A stretch of 64,000 bases of DNA from a virus (Duplodnaviria; Caudoviricetes). A program made the position numbers and the translations under genes. Location of the stretch: IMG/VR virus record IMGVR_UViG_3300021255_001366, positions 32,001 through 96,000 of that record. One strand, written 5' to 3'. This document shows positions 48,427 through 59,107 of the stretch, piece by piece. The notes under the pieces are model-generated. The model was not told where the DNA came from, did not search any database, and saw only the letters and a program-made list of their open reading frames with translations. Numbering within the stretch: the first letter of the stretch is position 1; each line of letters starts with the position of its first letter.

Positions 48427-49533
48427 TTAAATCTTCCAGAAACCGAAGTATCTACCAAGAACAAGACCAAAGCCCATACGTCTCTGAACCTCATATGTCT
48501 GAAGATCACTGAGATAATCACCGCGCTCCATCTTTTCCAAAATCTCGGTATCACCCTCGTCAATCATCTTGATGAACCTACCATTCTCACCAATAACAGG
48601 CATGATAAGAAGTTCATCGGGCTGGAATACATAAGACTGCATTGTCTTATCCTTGAAACGGTTCGGAATCTCAACAAGACGAGTGCCGTCATAGATACCG
48701 ATATTACCACTATTCATTACGGAATCCTTCTGAGCAGAAGCTCCCCAATAAACATCAGCAAGACCATTTACCTGAGACAGACCATACTTCGTACCCATAA
48801 TGACTACCTCTGCCCCATTGTTAGCGGCACTTACGTCGCCGACGATGCGGTCGAAGGTTGCCTTAGTAGTAGCATCAAGAGTACCAGTACCCTTGAATCT
48901 TGCGGGGAGTGCAGTGATTGCCTGACCAACCTGAGCGTAAGTCTCTTCCTGAATCATCGCAGTGTAAGAACGAGCAATGTTTGCTACCCATGCAGACCAA
49001 TCTACATCACCAAGGACATAACGATTGATATCTGCACCAATCTTTACTACATAAAGTTCAGTGGGGATAGAGATGGTCTGACGACCACGAAGTCTCTGCA
49101 AGATATGATCGTGGTGTGATGTTCCAGCCTTTGCGATAGAGAAGAGTGCATCCTCATCCTCAATTACGAAATCTTGTCTATCACCAAAACCAATTACCTT
49201 ACGGTCAACAAGAGAGTTGAACCAATCAGACTCCTTGAAGTTTGTGTCGATTACAACATTAATAGTATCCTCGATGATATCAAACCACTCACGGCTGTTA
49301 TCTCTGATTGCTCTACGAACAGCCTTAGCGTCCTTGACATCAGTGATACCCATTACCTGACGAGAAAAGTCGAGGATTTTAGCGTTTGCTTCTGCCTTAG
49401 AAATTGTACGACCAGACTCAGAGTCGAAAAGCTCACGACCAAGAGCTACGTCTTGCATAAGATTACTCATTGAATCATAGTCAGTGTCCATAGCTGCGAA
49501 TACAGCCATTGTATGCTCATTAAATCTCTTCAT
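48427..49533 (-). CDS. Major capsid protein
   Basis: 368 aa, strong RBS and codon bias, follows the protease/scaffold and decoration genes. Confidence 0.82.
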   Translation of the reverse strand: MKRFNEHTMAVFAAMDTDYDSMSNLMQDVALGRELFDSESGRTISKAEANAKILDFSRQVMGITDVKDAKAVRRAIRDNSREWFDIIEDTINVVIDTNFKESDWFNSLVDRKVIGFGDRQDFVIEDEDALFSIAKAGTSHHDHILQRLRGRQTISIPTELYVVKIGADINRYVLGDVDWSAWVANIARSYTAMIQEETYAQVGQAITALPARFKGTGTLDATTKATFDRIVGDVSAANNGAEVVIMGTKYGLSQVNGLADVYWGASAQKDSVMNSGNIGIYDGTRLVEIPNRFKDKTMQSYVFQPDELLIMPVIGENGRFIKMIDEGDTEILEKMERGDYLSDLQTYEVQRRMGFGLVLGRYFGFWKI

Positions 49534-49558
49534 GATTGTTATTCCTCCTTTCCTCGAA

Positions 49559-50035
49559 TTACTGTACAACGTACTTGCCGCCAGCATACTTTACAGCCTT
49601 GCCAGCAACAGGAGTACCCTGGAATGCTACATCGTTAAGACTTACAAGATCACCAAGATGAAGCTCTAATCCCTGAGTTACATCGCTAGTAGCATTGTAA
49701 AAGAGACCTTCATCACGAAGTTCTTGCTCAGGATACTGGCTAATAGGAGCGTTATATACGAAGAATACAGGATCAGCGGGAAGAGTAGTGAATTCTACAT
49801 ACCAACCCCCCTCGGAAGATGCCTCTCTAATAACGCCTTGAACTGCGTTGTCTGTTACTGCAGCAGCTTTATACTGCTCAAATGAAACATAAGCACCCTT
49901 GCTTGCAATCTGACCATTGTCAGTGTTGGCTTGCATAACAAGGTTAATAACATGACCATACTGACCCATTGCCGAAGCTACAAAGCTAGGAAATGCAATC
50001 ACATGGTTATTGTTTTTACTAATATCAATTGCCAT
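49559..50035 (-). CDS. Capsid decoration/cement protein
   Basis: DNG..., FYN and L..GD motifs; directly upstream of capsid gene. Confidence 0.65.
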   Translation of the reverse strand: MAIDISKNNNHVIAFPSFVASAMGQYGHVINLVMQANTDNGQIASKGAYVSFEQYKAAAVTDNAVQGVIREASSEGGWYVEFTTLPADPVFFVYNAPISQYPEQELRDEGLFYNATSDVTQGLELHLGDLVSLNDVAFQGTPVAGKAVKYAGGKYVVQ

Positions 50036-50147
50036 GATATTTCTCCTTTCATACAAAAAAAATAAGACCTCAGTATAGAGGTCTGTTTTTGTCTTATTTT
50101 TTCAACAAGGACGGGCGGTAATTATCCGTCAAATCCTCAATGATTTA

Positions 50148-51938
50148 TTACTTACTAAATATTCCACCGTATCTAGACTTAGTTCCGGTAGACTTCTTGC
50201 TTGGATTACCAAACAGTTTTATACCTATCATAGGCTTCTGCTCATTTTCAGCCGATGAAAACTCAATCTTGTGAGACTTCGCAAAATCAAGCAACAGACT
50301 ATCAAGCTTTTCAGTAATCTCTTCCTTGCTCATAGCAAAGTAAGACTCACGCTTAGACAATTCCTTGAACGCATCAGTATCACGAATCTGATCATAATCA
50401 GTATTAGCAAATACCTCAAGTTTCTCAGGCTCTGCCTCGTACTGCTGAAGCTTCTCTTCAATAGAAGAGTAGTTAGCCTTCATCTGCTCAAGTTGCTTCT
50501 TCTCATCAGCAGTAGCAAAGAGCATAAAAGTTTCAACCCTATCGCCTACAAGAGAATAAACATCTTTCTTTACAGCATAAGACTGACGATAATGCTTGTT
50601 AGCCCACCAATCATGGAACTCAACAATCTTAGAATCCTCAATGACATCGCAGTCAAACCATGCTCCATCAAGTTCGCCATATGTATCATTAACAAGCGTA
50701 GTAAGAGCATTAAGCTTTTCCTTAAGGCTTACAGAAAACTCTTTCTTCTCACCGTTAACATTTACGGTATAGTCAATAGAGTAGTAGTTGACATCCTCCG
50801 GGTCTTCAGCATCAGCACCATTATCCTCAGCAGACTGAGTATCAGTAACTTCAGGCTCTGTCGGCTCTTCGGGTTCGTCCTCAGAATCGTCATCATCTTT
50901 CTGATCGTCATCCTTGTTATCATCATCTTGCTGATCGTCGGAATCGTTATCGTCTTGCTGCTGATCATCATCGTCATCGGACTCATCGTCCTTATCTATG
51001 AGAATTTCAGAACCATCATCTTCAGACTTCTTCTTTTTCGGAGTCTCTTCAAAATCAGCTGTTGCATCCTGTAAAGGAGTATCTTCGGTAGATTCTTCAG
51101 ATGTGATTTCTTCTTCCTCAAAATCTTTCTTCATCCTATTTTCCTCCTTTCTTTCAGAATTGGATATATTGAAACTATCTAACTTTTTGTTTAACTCAGA
51201 TAGTAGTTCAATTAATTGTTTATCATTAGACAAAACACTATTTTGTTCAGCGCTAAAAGATACTATGTCTGCACGACTACCAATCATACCTTCTTGAATT
51301 TCATCGCCATTTTTTCGTTTGCCTAACAACGTTGAACCAGCAACATAAAAACTTTTTAAATCAAGATAATTTTCTTTGGCGTTATATGCAAGTTCATCAA
51401 TTGATAATTCACAACTGTTTTTCGTACCATTTTTTTCTCGTATAATGTCAGATGCTTTTGTGTATTCTTCTGCAATATATCCATATGCGCATACATAATC
51501 CTTATCTAAAGCATCATCGTGTTCCCAAAATGGTTTTTCTGAAGAAAACGATCCAACTTGTTTTTCAATATAATTAATCTCATGTTCTCCGTTTTCATTT
51601 TCAACTATTTCCATTTCGTGCGATTCAAAATCCCATGTCCCATCATCTAACTGATGTATTGCTGCCATAATAGGTCTGTCAGAAATTGTCGCAGAAGCCT
51701 TTACCGCTGCATCATGAGATACGTAACTTCTATTACGATTAAGCCCTTCATGAAATAATCTAAATTTAAGTTTTAACATACCTCTGTGATTATCATCAGT
51801 AGAATTCTCGATTTCAAAAGTGGTAGGAACTTGAACGGCTAATTTATAACCAGATTCTTTGGAACTAAATCTTGCAAAATTATTTTCCCTACAAAACTGT
51901 ACCAAATCATCAATGGTAAGTAATCTTTTTTTTACCAT
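50148..51938 (-). CDS. Prohead protease/scaffold protein
   Basis: HEGLNRNRSY, SCEL and GSTLLG motifs; acidic linker; helical C-terminus. Confidence 0.75.
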   Translation of the reverse strand: MVKKRLLTIDDLVQFCRENNFARFSSKESGYKLAVQVPTTFEIENSTDDNHRGMLKLKFRLFHEGLNRNRSYVSHDAAVKASATISDRPIMAAIHQLDDGTWDFESHEMEIVENENGEHEINYIEKQVGSFSSEKPFWEHDDALDKDYVCAYGYIAEEYTKASDIIREKNGTKNSCELSIDELAYNAKENYLDLKSFYVAGSTLLGKRKNGDEIQEGMIGSRADIVSFSAEQNSVLSNDKQLIELLSELNKKLDSFNISNSERKEENRMKKDFEEEEITSEESTEDTPLQDATADFEETPKKKKSEDDGSEILIDKDDESDDDDDQQQDDNDSDDQQDDDNKDDDQKDDDDSEDEPEEPTEPEVTDTQSAEDNGADAEDPEDVNYYSIDYTVNVNGEKKEFSVSLKEKLNALTTLVNDTYGELDGAWFDCDVIEDSKIVEFHDWWANKHYRQSYAVKKDVYSLVGDRVETFMLFATADEKKQLEQMKANYSSIEEKLQQYEAEPEKLEVFANTDYDQIRDTDAFKELSKRESYFAMSKEEITEKLDSLLLDFAKSHKIEFSSAENEQKPMIGIKLFGNPSKKSTGTKSRYGGIFSK

Positions 51939-51954
51939 TTTTATTCCTTTCTTG

Positions 51955-52863
51955 TTATATGTATTTCCATATATAACCATTAATAATACAACTTCCTTTT
52001 AAAATAGCATTTCCTATAGTTTCACTATTTAACTCTTCTTTGACGCTTTTTAATGACGGAAAAACTTTAATCAAATTATTACATAAATCAAACTGTCCAA
52101 CAGATTTTCCTCTCTTTTTATAGTCAACAGGATATTTATCAAAACAATCTCCTTTATATCTATAAACAAAACCATCAATATTATATTTATATCCGCCACA
52201 ACAATCTCGTATTTTTCTACGCATTTTTTTATCATCAGTAATTTTATTTATACATTCAAAAGATTGTAAGAAATTCCCATTTAAATCATACATATCAACA
52301 CCTTTATTTTTAAAAATCATATCTGTCTTGCATTCTTCGCCAGCATACGACCACAAATATCCTGCAACAGAACCATTTCTATCTCCCCTACAACAATGAC
52401 CAATCGATGCCTTATCAGCTCCTACAGATTGAGCTGCAAGAGTAATAGATTCAAATTCTTTTATAAATATACCATCCAACGAATATTGCCACACTGGAAT
52501 ACCTTTGTAACCATAATCATCTCCTCCGGCAGAAATATTATATCCATACATTGAATTATTTGACTTATATTTTTTTATATAGTAGCGTTCAAATTTTTTT
52601 AACATCATTACCAAATGGTTTAAGTCAACATCATTAAGTTCCTTCAATACCGAACACGAAAAATGTTCAGTACCAAGATCTCCAATTATTAAATCAAATG
52701 GAGTAACGTCTGAAACTTTAGTTTTTTTATGAGCTTTTAAATGTTGTTGAAATCTTTTCTGTATAGTCTGCCTTGTTTGTCCTATATAAACCTTATTGTT
52801 AATATCATTACAAATAATATATATATAACCTTCCCACAAGCCAGTCTCTTGATTATATGCCAT
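51955..52863 (-). CDS. Free-standing GIY-YIG homing endonuclease with NUMOD1 repeats
   Basis: GYIYIICN..NNKVYIGQT and GYN...GG motifs; three V.(Q/M)(Y/F).L....I..F.S repeats. Confidence 0.9.
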   Translation of the reverse strand: MAYNQETGLWEGYIYIICNDINNKVYIGQTRQTIQKRFQQHLKAHKKTKVSDVTPFDLIIGDLGTEHFSCSVLKELNDVDLNHLVMMLKKFERYYIKKYKSNNSMYGYNISAGGDDYGYKGIPVWQYSLDGIFIKEFESITLAAQSVGADKASIGHCCRGDRNGSVAGYLWSYAGEECKTDMIFKNKGVDMYDLNGNFLQSFECINKITDDKKMRRKIRDCCGGYKYNIDGFVYRYKGDCFDKYPVDYKKRGKSVGQFDLCNNLIKVFPSLKSVKEELNSETIGNAILKGSCIINGYIWKYI

Positions 52864-52956
52864 AATTAATCTCTCCTTTCTTAAACAAAAAAAGAAGAGC
52901 GGGAATACAGCCCACCCAAAAGAGCAAAATCGAAAAACAGTCGAAAGCTCTAAAAA

Positions 52957-53178
52957 TTAATTCTTTATATACTGAACACCATAAAAGTCATTAAACAACA
53001 ATTTATTTGTGGTCGTATACTTTACTTTTTTCTTTTCAAAAAACGTCTTATTAATCTTTAAACGCTCCTCGTCATTTAGAAAATACCAGCACTTACCATC
53101 TTGACCAACGACGCTAAAGCCTTCGTCTTTAAGCAACATAGCAGTACCAAGATCATCTGTTAATATGAATTTATCCAT
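52957..53178 (-). CDS. Small hypothetical protein
   Basis: AAGGA RBS; MDKFILTDD...LLKDEGF...YFLND. Confidence 0.65.
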   Translation of the reverse strand: MDKFILTDDLGTAMLLKDEGFSVVGQDGKCWYFLNDEERLKINKTFFEKKKVKYTTTNKLLFNDFYGVQYIKN

Positions 53179-53199
53179 GTCATCATCCTTTTCTTCATA

Positions 53200-53860
53200 T
53201 AAAAGTCCCGTAGCCACATGCATATGACTACGGGCAATTTGTCGGGACACACCCGACGGACAATCTAAAATTCCATCCGCCAATACCCAAGAGCGAAGAG
53301 TAGTTTGAGTACATAACTCAGGTACAAACATTCGCAAACCGACCTTTTATATTGCGGTAATCGGTCTCCGCATGGGTTCTGTTTGGTTTTAAATTAACGG
53401 CTTCGTCAGCCAAAAGTTGTATGGTTATCCGATATTGCAGTGTTTTACAGATTCGTCATCTAACCACACGAACACCTCTCGAAACGTGCCTCCTCGGAAT
53501 AGGGCTACACCAGTACCATCACGCACCTACGTGTTTAGGTCTTTTCGTTGACCACTTATATTGGTTTAATGTCTCAATACCGACAATAAAAACCCACCGT
53601 TGTAGCATAGGTCGTGGAACACCTACCGTACCATCCTTGGGTATAACCCTCACACTTTCCTTGCAATCGGTAAATGACTATAAAGCTTCTCACTTGAATT
53701 TTAAGGTGGACGAGATTTCCCACCAGTAGAGTTATTGCGCATTAAGGTTACTTTGCTTACCTCGTTACTGTCGGTTGAGGTTGCCGACTCCTATATCAAA
53801 CCACTGATTAACCTGACTCAGTAGTCGAATCCTATAGTGGAAGCGACGGCTTCCACATAA
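53200..53860 (-). ncRNA. Candidate large structured ncRNA
   Basis: About 650 nt with no credible gene; many hairpins, several 9-10 bp long-range complementarities, terminator-like hairpin at the 3' end. Confidence 0.6.
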
Positions 53861-53926
53861 TAATATATAACCCGTCACAGCATTGCCATGACGGGCGCAT
53901 CTCATTCGTCTTAACAAACGAGCAGC

Positions 53927-55537
53927 TTATCTATTTCGTGAACGTTCACCTTCCGGCGAAAGTTCTTCAGCTGGCTTTTCCGGGGCGCCTTCTCCAACTT
54001 CTCCTTTTTCACCATCATTACTTGTAGTATATGAGCTTTGAAGAGGGTATTGCATTAAGTTTTGTAAGCCTAACACTTGTGTTTCAAATAATAGACTTGC
54101 CATAGTTTCCTTTTCTGAGAAACCAAGAAGAGTGCCATAAGCCAATCTATAAGAATAACTATATTGGTTTGATTCTAATAACGCATTTCTATAATCATCC
54201 TTAGTAAAAATTGTAACTGGCATTAAATGAATAGGACAGTAGTTAGAAACATTCAGCGCTAATTGCAAATTAATCCAAGCATTAATCTGAGGCAATACAC
54301 TACTTAACACATAAGCAGATTCTGATTTTAAAGCCGCATTAATTAATGCAGAGTTGTTAACCAACTTATTTCCGTTTAACAATGCTCCAACACCACCAGC
54401 CGAACTCAAGATTTGTTGTTGCGAATTCTCAACTCGATTTACATCGTCAGATACATTATCAGAAAAATCGATTGTCTTAAGTTCATCTCCGGGAATAACA
54501 GCGCTTGATACGCCATCTGGTATTGCGTTGTCGGCTGCTATTTTAAAATAATCTATAGCCAAATCAGGTGTGATTTCAAACTCATCTGGACTCTTTGCAG
54601 AATTCATGACCTTAAGCGGCATATAAATCATTCTATAAAAACTGAGTTTATCTGCACTGGACTGCACATCTGCCAAATCATTAAGATTGGCAAGTCCGAG
54701 TAACATCGGAAGCAGTGGGGGAATAATAGCGTCCATTAAATCAGTTCGAAACTTAACCACAAACGAATACTCTGCTGGCACATGAACATACTTAACGCCA
54801 GTTTTATCGTATTCGTCCCACATAGAAGATAAGGGTTCGCCTAAATATTCTATTAACGCTTGGCGTTGCGCCGATTTCCACTTGCTCATATCGAGTGCCA
54901 TGCCGTAACAAGATGAATCATTAACCGTATAAATACTATCGATAATAGCCTCATTAGGATCAATTCGCCACATAAACGAACCAGTGTCATCATGGAAAAA
55001 CAAGTTAAATGAAACGTCCTCAATCCACATATTAACAAGAGGGGTGTTCATAATATTCTCCAAACCAACCTTATCCATAAAGTCTATGGTAGACTGAAAC
55101 TGTTTCAACGCCTTAGTAGCATCCATTCCCTTAACAAATGAATACGGTGGCTCTATGCTACGACAATCAAGGCAATACATATCTGCATATGCGTATATCA
55201 TCTTTTGATATATTGGAGACCTATAAAAAAGATATCTACTAGCGTTAATCAAATTCTTTGAATTTGCATAAATATTACCAGTAAGATACCCTTTGATAGT
55301 GTTTTTATCTGTGCTTGTCAAAGAAAGGGTAGCGGCATTTTTAGTAATATCCCTAATAGTCTTCATTACCTTTTCTTCTTTAGCATTCGCATAATGTTTC
55401 ATTTGTTTTTCTTCTTCAAGTTTAAATGTTTCTCGAATTGCAGCTACAGATTGATTCGGTTTTCCTACATTGCCATTTACTGTAGCTACCTTTTCTTTTG
55501 AGACGCTACTTGCGTCAATATCTTTTTTCTCCGCCAT
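53927..55537 (-). CDS. Portal protein
   Basis: 536 aa directly after the terminase; PLQSSYT...GAP C-terminus typical of SPbeta-like portals. Confidence 0.8.
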   Translation of the reverse strand: MAEKKDIDASSVSKEKVATVNGNVGKPNQSVAAIRETFKLEEEKQMKHYANAKEEKVMKTIRDITKNAATLSLTSTDKNTIKGYLTGNIYANSKNLINASRYLFYRSPIYQKMIYAYADMYCLDCRSIEPPYSFVKGMDATKALKQFQSTIDFMDKVGLENIMNTPLVNMWIEDVSFNLFFHDDTGSFMWRIDPNEAIIDSIYTVNDSSCYGMALDMSKWKSAQRQALIEYLGEPLSSMWDEYDKTGVKYVHVPAEYSFVVKFRTDLMDAIIPPLLPMLLGLANLNDLADVQSSADKLSFYRMIYMPLKVMNSAKSPDEFEITPDLAIDYFKIAADNAIPDGVSSAVIPGDELKTIDFSDNVSDDVNRVENSQQQILSSAGGVGALLNGNKLVNNSALINAALKSESAYVLSSVLPQINAWINLQLALNVSNYCPIHLMPVTIFTKDDYRNALLESNQYSYSYRLAYGTLLGFSEKETMASLLFETQVLGLQNLMQYPLQSSYTTSNDGEKGEVGEGAPEKPAEELSPEGERSRNR

Positions 55538-55551
55538 TACGCGTCTCCTTT

Positions 55552-57597
55552 CTATTTTTTAGTTGCTATACCACCGCGGATTTGGGCGGTGAGTTTGGAA
55601 AGTAAATCATTTGTATTGTTTTTTGGTTTAGAAAGCAATAGTTTTCTACGCTCTTCCATCAATGCATATCCCATGAGTGCAGCTGTATAGGCACGATCAT
55701 CGTGCATTTTATTTGCTTTCTCAGGCGTTAGTTCAAAAGAATCTTTACCAGAATCTCTCTTTTTACGAACCATATTGACAAGTTCTTCTTTCATTGCGTC
55801 TATATTTGCAAGACCAATTTTATCTTTCCAATCAAGCTTGATTGTTTTAGTATTTACAGATTGAACCTTACCAAGTTCTTCTTGCATTTTTTCCTCAAAC
55901 TCTTTTTCATTTAATTTTTTTTTCTTCAACTCTTCGGCAATGCGTTCTTTTTCTTTGTCCAATTTTTTTTGGTCTATATCAAACACAGTAAGATAATCCT
56001 TATTGTCATATGTACTCGTAAAACTAATTTTATCTTGGGTAAGCATTTCAATTAATGCTTCATACATTTCTGATTTATACTTTGATGGACTCATAAGATG
56101 AATCTTATCAACAGCATTTGGAAAACGACTTACGTATTCGGAAGAAAACTCCTTATCAATAAGCCCTCTATGCATCATCCCATCAGCAGTTTCCCAATCA
56201 GACATAAGATAATCGGCTATATTTACACCGCCTCCACCTGAACCAGCGTCAATCCAAATACCGACTATATTGCCATAAGCATCGGCTCCGGCATTATAAT
56301 CAAGTATCATCTGCTTTAAATATTCAACTTGATCTGGTGTTCTCATTGGCGATTTGATTTTTTTACCAACGTCTAATAAATTGACTCCATTGACTATTCT
56401 AGCTCGCTTATCTATTGTTCCATCCTTTTGTATATAATCATAGAACTCAGCAACAAGTATAAACGAGTTGTCCATCTGTCTAGCTGGATCATAAAATAAT
56501 CCATATTTTTTATCACCAGTTTCGTTGCAATGAATAGGTTTACGAGTCTCCTCATTTCGAGTTATAACACCACGTTTAACAATTGCATCAGAACCAGCTT
56601 CAGTAGTAAACTGACAATAATACTCACGTCTTGCCTTTTCCGGATTTGTTCTCATTTCTGATTCAACTGTTGAACGAGTTAAAAGCGGAGCAATTGTTTT
56701 GCCGTGTAATGTAGGTTTAAAAGCCACTTCACAATCTATATGCAATACACAATAATCTGGATCTCCCATTATTTGACGCTTAGACCAGTCTCTATATAGT
56801 GCATAATATTTTGTATCAGTCGAAGAAGCAGAACTAATCAAGAACTTTTGATTTGGTATATTTGTTGCAAATGTTCTTTGACGAATAGGGTCAATAGATC
56901 TACCATTTGAATCCTTTCCTGTTTTAAAACTCTTATTGACAATTGCAAACGCAGAATATACATTAATCATTTCTTCCGTAAGAAAAGCCGACTCATCAAA
57001 AATTATAGATCCACGTTCTCCTCTTTTGGCATCTATATTACTATTAAGTGTCTTTGTTGTTGATCCGTTATATGTACTATATGTAAATCCATTAGAACCA
57101 TGACTAAATCCATCGCCACTAGCATTTGGAATTACAATTTCATCTTTAAATAGTTTTCCAGTAGAACCTTGGAATTCATCAATATTATCATTTGCTAATT
57201 TTTCTAATGTTACGAACGTTTGCTCTGCTTGTGAGCCAGAACCACTAGCTATATAGCACCAATAGTTACAAAACAAACTATCTTTTGACATTAATATCAC
57301 ATCAATAGTTGTTGACTTTCCAATACCACGACTAGCCGTAACCAAAACATTTGGACAATTCCAAGCCCTTTGAATAATAAGCGCCTGACAATCTAGCATC
57401 TCAATGTTATACATTAAGTCTATCCATTTTAAAGGATTACATTGAAAATACTTTTGCATTCTAGATATTTCTAATAACGCTTCTATTTTTCTTGTAGACA
57501 TTGGATAATCTATAGGCTTTACAAATATTCCATAGTCCTTGTAAAAGTCTTTGTCATACGGCAAATCCATATCATTCGGAAGAAGTATCTTGTTCAT
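55552..57597 (-). CDS. terL: Terminase large subunit
   Basis: Walker A ASRGIGKS, Walker B IIFDES, nuclease motifs YDPA and HDDRAY. Confidence 0.92.
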   Translation of the reverse strand: MNKILLPNDMDLPYDKDFYKDYGIFVKPIDYPMSTRKIEALLEISRMQKYFQCNPLKWIDLMYNIEMLDCQALIIQRAWNCPNVLVTASRGIGKSTTIDVILMSKDSLFCNYWCYIASGSGSQAEQTFVTLEKLANDNIDEFQGSTGKLFKDEIVIPNASGDGFSHGSNGFTYSTYNGSTTKTLNSNIDAKRGERGSIIFDESAFLTEEMINVYSAFAIVNKSFKTGKDSNGRSIDPIRQRTFATNIPNQKFLISSASSTDTKYYALYRDWSKRQIMGDPDYCVLHIDCEVAFKPTLHGKTIAPLLTRSTVESEMRTNPEKARREYYCQFTTEAGSDAIVKRGVITRNEETRKPIHCNETGDKKYGLFYDPARQMDNSFILVAEFYDYIQKDGTIDKRARIVNGVNLLDVGKKIKSPMRTPDQVEYLKQMILDYNAGADAYGNIVGIWIDAGSGGGGVNIADYLMSDWETADGMMHRGLIDKEFSSEYVSRFPNAVDKIHLMSPSKYKSEMYEALIEMLTQDKISFTSTYDNKDYLTVFDIDQKKLDKEKERIAEELKKKKLNEKEFEEKMQEELGKVQSVNTKTIKLDWKDKIGLANIDAMKEELVNMVRKKRDSGKDSFELTPEKANKMHDDRAYTAALMGYALMEERRKLLLSKPKNNTNDLLSKLTAQIRGGIATKK

Positions 57598-58918
57598 CTG
57601 TAACTTCCTCCTCTACATTACCAAACACAGAATATATTTCTTCTAAATTCTTGTATTCTATATCTGGACATATATTTTTTTCATCAAGGAAATCTTTTAA
57701 ATCTAAATTTTCACGCAACAATATTCTGTTGATTTCCTTATATTGGTCACGTTCTTGTCTCAAAGACTGATTCATAACCCTCATTTCAGCAACCATATCA
57801 GACCACTCTGATTCATCAAGGGCAAGCTGTTTCATAATTGATGCATCGCTTAATTCTTGAACTTGTTGCATTCCTCTGCATGTAGCAATGTCAAACCCAT
57901 TAACTTCAGCACCACGCAAATTCAAATCTTTGATTCTTTTTAATTTTCCAGTCCATGTGTTTTCTCCTTTAATAGAGTTTTTGCTATTTTTTAAAGAAAT
58001 ACAACTTTGTTCTGCAAGCTTGGTTACGTTCATGGTTATATTCTTTTTCATTTCTTGCAACGCCTTAACAGTTGCGATATTCTTTTCAGCATTTCTTGGA
58101 TCTTGAACCAAATCTGCAATCATATCATCAATCTGATTTATCTGTAAAAATCCTCTAACAATACTAATAATAGATGAGGTTCTCATCATGTCATCATTGC
58201 CATTTTCATCAGAATCTAAAAATCCAATAAGTTGAGAATACAAAAACGGCTGATCAGCCAATTTCTCCTTTTCAAAAGGTAAATATCCAAGTAGCCTCAA
58301 AGTATCATTTTTATTCTTTTCAAATTGTTCAAGTATTTCTTGGTCTTTTGGCAATGCATCCTCAATCATGTCATTGAGGCTTAACATACCTCCTGTATAA
58401 TTATCAGAATCTCTATAAGTCATAGTATAGTAATTTTGCATTGCTATATTTTTAATATAACTAGTCCATACATTAGACTTCGATTTACCAGTGGCTTGAT
58501 TTGCCGCTTCAAGTAATGACGCATCCCATACTGAATCAAGCATAGGTTTGTCAAGAAAATAACAAGCATCATCAACAGACTTCTTTGTTGGCTGTTGTTT
58601 TTCGCCATGTACCGTTGGCAATGCAATATCTGCCGCACACTGCTTACAACCATCGGTTATTCCGCTTGCACAGTTAGGAGCAGTCGATGAATAAAAATCT
58701 AACTTCTTTTTCGGCTTATTACAATGTTGGCACGTATAATACTTTGATCCAACTCCAAGAGCTTCTAAACATTGGAGCTGATCCTTATCTTCAAGTTGTT
58801 CAAATAGTTTTTGTATTTTATCTATTTGTTCTTTTATATCTCTAAGTCCGGTAATTTTGTCACTACGAGTATTTGTAGTTGACTTCTGACCGACTTGCTT
58901 CATGGTTTTCGTAGCCAC
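57572..58918 (-). CDS. Putative terminase small subunit with Zn finger
   Basis: CQHC...FY...CKQC; directly upstream of terL. Confidence 0.6.
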   Translation of the reverse strand: MATKTMKQVGQKSTTNTRSDKITGLRDIKEQIDKIQKLFEQLEDKDQLQCLEALGVGSKYYTCQHCNKPKKKLDFYSSTAPNCASGITDGCKQCAADIALPTVHGEKQQPTKKSVDDACYFLDKPMLDSVWDASLLEAANQATGKSKSNVWTSYIKNIAMQNYYTMTYRDSDNYTGGMLSLNDMIEDALPKDQEILEQFEKNKNDTLRLLGYLPFEKEKLADQPFLYSQLIGFLDSDENGNDDMMRTSSIISIVRGFLQINQIDDMIADLVQDPRNAEKNIATVKALQEMKKNITMNVTKLAEQSCISLKNSKNSIKGENTWTGKLKRIKDLNLRGAEVNGFDIATCRGMQQVQELSDASIMKQLALDESEWSDMVAEMRVMNQSLRQERDQYKEINRILLRENLDLKDFLDEKNICPDIEYKNLEEIYSVFGNVEEEVTDEQDTSSE

Positions 58919-59107
58919 AAATTCACCTCTTCCTTTTAATCATAAAAACGGGTTCGCCTTAGGTATTTCTCCGTTCGGTACATCCCCGTGTCGTGATATT
59001 TTTTATTTTCGCCTTTCGCATTAAGACTTTCGAGACGCATCTCTACTTATCACATGTCCGCAATCATCTGTCTTTCACTGCCTATCCGAAGAATAGCAGA
59101 GGGCATA

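Noticed and set aside
53179-53729. ORF 53421-53729 (+) and the N-terminal extension of 52957-53337
   Set aside because: No RBS, atypical composition, and overlap with predicted RNA structure; the likely start is 53178
53200-53860. RNase P, tmRNA or group I intron identity for the large non-coding region
   Set aside because: GGAAAGT, ACAGAACCC and GACTA/TAGTC snippets occur, but the RNase P P4 pairing, tRNA-like ends, P/Q elements and an interrupted gene are all absent
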